A DNA stretch of 64,000 bases, from the NCBI GenBank assembly GCA_963747235.1, contig CAVVEU010000017.1, positions 32,001 to 96,000 on the forward strand, given 5' to 3'. The notes under the pieces were generated by a model that saw nothing but the letters and a program-made list of their open reading frames with translations, did not search any database and was not told where the DNA came from. The position numbers and the translations under genes are program-made. Below, one piece after another: positions 59,580-64,000 of the stretch. The DNA comes from an uncultured Candidatus Rokubacteria bacterium. Its GTDB lineage: Bacteria > Methylomirabilota > Methylomirabilia > Rokubacteriales > CSP1-6. Within the stretch, counting starts at the first letter, position 1; every line of letters begins with the position of its first letter.

Positions 59580-60453
59580 GGGGTCCTCCGGCGCGGCTCC
59601 CGCCCGGCGCGGGTCCAGGAGATCGCGCTGCGCGTCGCCGAGCAGGTTGAAGCCGAGCACGGCGAGCATGATGGCCAGCCCCGGCGCCAGCACCAGCCAC
59701 GGAGCGATCGTCATGTACTGGCGGCCGCGGCTCAGCATGCCGCCCCAGCTCGGCGCCGGGGGCTGCGTGCCGAGTCCCAGGAAGCTCAGCGCCGCCTCCA
59801 CCAGGATGACGATCGAGAGGCTCAGGCTGGCCTGGACGGCGAGGGTCGGCGCGAGATTGGGCAGGACATGGGCGCCGAGGATGCGCCCGTGCGAGGCCCC
59901 GAGCGCGCGGGCGGCCTGGACGAAGTCCTGCGCCTTGAGGGCGAGGGTGCTGCTCCGGGCGAGCACCGCGAACTGCGGCAGCGTCAGCACCGCGATGGTG
60001 AGGATGAGATTGACGGTGCTCGGACCGAGGGCCGCCACCAGCGCGATGGCCAGGAGGATCGGGGGAAAGGCGAAGAGCACGTCGAAGAGCCGCATGGCGA
60101 GCAGGTCGCGGCGCGCCGCCCCAGTAGCCGAGGCCCACGCCCAGGGTCGTCCCGGTCAGCACGGCCAGCGCCACGGACGGAATCGCGACCCCGAGCGACA
60201 CGCGGCTGCCGTGGAGGACGCGGCTCAGGATGTCGCGTCCGACCTCGTCGGTGCCGAGCAGGAAGCGCGGGCTCGGCGGCCGGATCTCCGCGCCCGGGAA
60301 GATCGCGGTGGGCGCGTACGGCGCCAGCCACGGCGCGGCCAGCGCCGCAACCAGGAGGCCGGCCACGATGAGACCGCCGACCAGGAACGACCCGCTTCGC
60401 AGCGCCCGGGCCACGAGCCGGGGGTTCATCACGCGGCCGGGCTCGTCATTCAT
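59576..60453 (-). CDS. dppC: DppC-like ABC permease, frameshift near 60110; as sequenced it runs in frame into the nitrilase
   Basis: LLGTDEVGRD, EAALSFLGLG.QPP..SWG, FNLLGD; end coordinate assumes ATGA coupling. Confidence 0.8.
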
Positions 60454-61401
60454 GCGTACAGGATCCGACGGTCGATCAGGTGGTAGAGGAGATCGAGGGT
60501 CAGGTTGACGAGCACGGCCCCCGACGTCAGGAGCAGGACCGCGCCCTGGATCGTCGTGTAATCGCGCTGGTAGATCGCGTTGACGACGAGGCGCCCCATG
60601 CCGGGGAGCGCGAAGACCTCCTCGATGATCACCGCCCCGCCGATGAGGTAGACGAACTGGGTGCCGGCCATGGCGACCACCGGGATCAGCGCGTTCCGGA
60701 GCGCGTGCTTGTACACGACGGCGCGGTTGGCCACGCCCTTGGCGTGCGCGGTGCGGACGAAATCCTGGCCCAGCACCTCGAGCATGCTGCTCCGCGTGAA
60801 CCGCGCGATGATCGCCGAGATGGCCAGGCCCAGCGAGGCCGCCGCGGGCAGCATGGTCGCCGAGGCTCCGGGCCGGGCTCTCGGTGAACGGCACGTGGCC
60901 GAGGGTGGGCAGCCACGGCGCGTACCGCGCCCCCGCGATGATCACCACCGTCCCGATGAAGAACGCGGGCGCCGAGATGAAGAGCAGCGAGAACACCCGC
61001 GTCGAGGCGTCGAGGGCGCGCCCGGCCCGGGTGGCCGCGAGAACGCCCAGCGGGATGCCGACGGCCAGCGCGATGGACATCGCCATCAGCGCGAGCTGGA
61101 GCGTCACCGGGTAGCTCCGCACCAGCTCGTCGCGCACGGAGAACCCGGTGACGAGCGAGTGCCCGAGGTCGCCCCGCAGCACGTCGCCCAGCCACAGGAG
61201 GTACTGCACGGCGAGCGGCCGGTCGAGGTGGAGCGCGTGGATCAGCGCCTGGCGCGTCTGCTCGTTCTGGCCCGCGGTGATCCCGAGGAGGATGGTCACG
61301 AGGTCTCCGGGGATCAGGTGGATGAGCAGGAAGGTGAGCACCGACACCCCGAGCAGCGTCGGGATCAGGAGCAGGAGCCGCTTGCCGACGTAGGCGGCCA
61401 T
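60450..61401 (-). CDS. dppB: DppB-like ABC permease, +1 frameshift near 60860
   Basis: GDLGHS, FVRTAHAKG, KHALRNALIP, RDY. Confidence 0.87.
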
Positions 61402-61407
61402 CCCCTC

Positions 61408-61429
61408 ACCGGCGGCGGGCGCCGCCGGT
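61408..61429 (-). terminator. Intercistronic hairpin after the SBP
   Basis: ACCGGCGGC-GGGC-GCCGCCGGT. Confidence 0.4.
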
Positions 61430-63039
61430 CAGCGGTCGAGCCACGCCTGCTTGAAGAAGTGCCGGCTCCGGCTTCCCGGCTGCGCCCCGGGAATGGAGGT
61501 GTAGCCCTTGACGGTGTCGCGAAGCGCCTCGGTGGCCCCCGAGGCGTACGGGAAGATCAGGTACGCCTGGTCCGCCATGTGGCGCTGGAGGGTCTGGTAG
61601 ATCGTGACCCGCTTGTCCCGGTCCAGGGTCGTGCGGCCCTGGTCGAGGAGCTGGTCGACCAGGGGGTCATTGAACTTGCCCAGGTTGATCTTCGATCCGC
61701 TGTGAAAGATGTCGTAGACGTGGGCGTCGGGGTCGGGCTGCCACACCAGCGGGATCATGCTCATGCCTTCGTACTCGGTGCGGACGAAGTTCTTCAGCGC
61801 CGCCCCCCACTCCACCTGCATGAGGGTCACGCGGATGCCCGCCCCCGCGAGCTGCTCCTTCATGACCTCACCCGTCCGGACGGTCTGGGGGAAGCGGGGC
61901 GACACCTCGAGCGTGGTGTCGAGGCCGTTGGCGAGCCCCGCCTCGCCGAGCAGGCGCTTCGCCAGGGCCGGATCGTGGGCGTAGTACGGGAGGCCCTTGT
62001 CGTCGCCGCTGTAGCCGAACGGCGCGTCGCACGGGGGGATCTTCGTCGTGATGGCGCCGCGGCCGCGCAGGACGCTGGCGATGATCTCGCGCCGGTTGAT
62101 CCCCGCGCTGACCGCCCGCCGCACGCGCGCGTCGGTGAAGGGGGGCTTCGTCTGGTTGAAGGCCATCCCGTGCTGGGCGCAGTAGCCGTCCGGCTCGCGG
62201 AGCACGACGCCGGCGGCGCCCTGGACCTGCCGGTCGATGAGCGGGTCGACGGACCAGAGGTAGTGGACGGTCCCCGCGCGCAGCGCGGCCAGGCGGGCGG
62301 CCTCGTCCGGGATGATGCGGTACTCGAGGCCGTCGAGATAGGGGAGGCCCGCCTCGTAGTAGCTCGGGTTCCGCTTGAGCACGACCGTGTTGTCGGGGAC
62401 GAACCGCTCGAGCACGAAGGGGCCGGTGCCGGACGCGTTCTTCTGGAGGTCGCCGTGCTTCTCGACGAGATCGCGCGGGACGATGGCCGAGTAGTGAGGC
62501 GTGGCCAGGTACGAGAAGAAGGGAGCGAACGGCCGCTTGATGACGAAGCGCACGGTGGACCGATCCGGCGTCTCGATGCGGTCGATGATCAGCCAGTTGG
62601 CGCGCCAGGGCGACGCCGTCTTCTCGTCGAGCATCCGCTCGAACGAGTACTTCACGTCGTCGGCCACGAGGTCCCGCCCGTGGTGCCACACGACCCCCTT
62701 CCGGAGCTTGAAGACGAACGTCGTGTCGTTGACCACCTGCCAGGACTCGGCGAGGTCGCCGACGATGTTCATCCGGGCGTCGCGGCGCAGCAGGGTCGAG
62801 TAGACGTGCTCCGCGATCATCCAGGTGTGGGCGGCGGCGGACTTCTGCGGGTCGAGCCCGGGCGGGCTGACGTCGGCGGCGACGACCAGCGTGCCGCCCC
62901 GCTTCGGGGTCTGGGCGGCGGCGGGCCGGAGGAGCGGCGGCGCGGCGAGCCCCAGCAGCGTGAGCGCTCCCGCTCCGAGCAAGGCGCGCCGGGTGGGATC
63001 GAGATGAGAATCGCCTGGATGCTCCGTGCGGTCCGCCAT
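61429..63039 (-). CDS. Peptide/nickel ABC substrate-binding protein (family 5, Tat signal)
   Basis: TRRALL, PKRGGTL, LAESW, SGTGPF, PYLD. Confidence 0.9.
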   Translation of the reverse strand: MADRTEHPGDSHLDPTRRALLGAGALTLLGLAAPPLLRPAAAQTPKRGGTLVVAADVSPPGLDPQKSAAAHTWMIAEHVYSTLLRRDARMNIVGDLAESWQVVNDTTFVFKLRKGVVWHHGRDLVADDVKYSFERMLDEKTASPWRANWLIIDRIETPDRSTVRFVIKRPFAPFFSYLATPHYSAIVPRDLVEKHGDLQKNASGTGPFVLERFVPDNTVVLKRNPSYYEAGLPYLDGLEYRIIPDEAARLAALRAGTVHYLWSVDPLIDRQVQGAAGVVLREPDGYCAQHGMAFNQTKPPFTDARVRRAVSAGINRREIIASVLRGRGAITTKIPPCDAPFGYSGDDKGLPYYAHDPALAKRLLGEAGLANGLDTTLEVSPRFPQTVRTGEVMKEQLAGAGIRVTLMQVEWGAALKNFVRTEYEGMSMIPLVWQPDPDAHVYDIFHSGSKINLGKFNDPLVDQLLDQGRTTLDRDKRVTIYQTLQRHMADQAYLIFPYASGATEALRDTVKGYTSIPGAQPGSRSRHFFKQAWLDR

Positions 63040-63229
63040 GCTGCCCTCCGGGTCCTCGCGTGCCGGTGCACTGCCGCGTCGAGATCCGCCGCCGGGGCGC
63101 GCATCCGCGTCCCCGCGACGTCGTGCCATACTCCTCCGCGCGCGCGATGGCGTCAAGGGTCCGGTTGACTTGCTCGGCGCGGCTGGCGAATAATCGCGCC
63201 ACCACACGCCCCGGGAGGAGCCACCGACC

Positions 63230-64000
63230 ATGATCCTGTCACGCATGACCCTGCTGATGTGCCTGCTCACCGCCTGGCTCGGTCCTGCCCGCCTCCGGCG
63301 AGGAGCTGATCGTGGCCACCTTCGGCGGCACCTTCGTCGACAACTCGAAGAAGTGCCACGCCACCGCCTTCGAGAAGGCCACCGGCTCCACCGTGAAGTA
63401 CGTCCTCGGCAGCTCGGTCCAGACCATGGCCAAGCTGCGGGCGGCCGGCGCCCGCGCGGAGTTCGACGTCGCGTACATGGACAGCCAGATCGTCAAGCAG
63501 GCGAAGGCGGAAGGGCTGCTGCAGCCGCTCGAGTCCGGGAAGATCGAGCACTGGAACGATCTCTACGAGGCGTCCCGGGACAAGGACGCCTACTGGGTCT
63601 CGATGATGTTCGCCGGCACCATCATCACCTACAACACGAACCTGGTGAAGACGCCGCCGACGTCGTGGGGCGACCTCTGGAAGCCGGAATGGAAGGGCAA
63701 GCTGGCCATCCCGGACATCTCGGGCACCTCGGGCCAGCAGTTCCTGATGGCGGCGGCGCGCCTCAACGGCGGCTCGGTGGAGAACATCGACCCGGGCTTC
63801 GAGGCGATCAAGCGGCTCAAGCCCAATGTCCAGATGATGTACACCCAGCCGGACCAGATCATCCCGCTCTTCGAGCGCGGCGACATCGCGCTGGCGGTGT
63901 GGTACACGGACCGGACCGGCGCGGCCGCCTTGAAGGGCGTCCCGGTGGCGGCGGCCTATCCGACGGAGGGCGCGATCGGCATCGTGCCCACGGTCTCCGT
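63230..64000 (+). CDS. Polyamine/PotD-like ABC substrate-binding protein, partial, +1 frameshift near 63278
   Basis: GGAGGAG RBS, signal peptide, EELIVATFGG, ITYNT..V..PPTSWGDLW, AYPTEG; runs off the right edge. Confidence 0.85.
   Translation, partial: MILSRMTLLMCLLTAWLGPARLRRGADRGHLRRHLRRQLEEVPRHRLREGHRLHREVRPRQLGPDHGQAAGGRRPRGVRRRVHGQPDRQAGEGGRAAAAARVREDRALERSLRGVPGQGRLLGLDDVRRHHHHLQHEPGEDAADVVGRPLEAGMEGQAGHPGHLGHLGPAVPDGGGAPQRRLGGEHRPGLRGDQAAQAQCPDDVHPAGPDHPALRARRHRAGGVVHGPDRRGRLEGRPGGGGLSDGGRDRHRAHGLR

Overview
High-GC bacterial chromosomal window. The gene style (many ABC solute-binding proteins, LLM/VOC enzymes, lineage-typical small proteins) suggests Rokubacteria/Methylomirabilota; this is inference only. 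It is mostly transport and catabolism: two peptide/nickel-type ABC systems, two sugar-type ABC systems, two branched-chain-amino-acid-type ABC systems, a PotD-like SBP, an MFS transporter, PLP enzymes, amidohydrolases, luciferase-like monooxygenases and VOC proteins. About 17 genes are broken, nearly all by net +1 indels, which looks like systematic consensus error rather than pseudogenisation. No rRNA, tRNA, CRISPR array, integrase or transposase was recognised. Four things stand out. (1) A four-gene minus-strand unit: an atypical 173-aa antitoxin-like protein, a VapC/PIN toxin, AddB and AddA, headed by an apparently leaderless sigma70 promoter. (2) A small palindromic element sitting inside two unrelated coding sequences (MFS and addB); in addB it coincides exactly with the frame break. 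(3) Two clusters of very small ORFs at 31.2-31.7 kb and 34.2-35.8 kb, containing a pair of paralogous Cys/His-rich miniproteins, a zinc-finger miniprotein, tiny membrane proteins and a perfect palindromic operator-like site. (4) An orphan HicA-like gene whose leader is a G-rich 16-bp tandem repeat.
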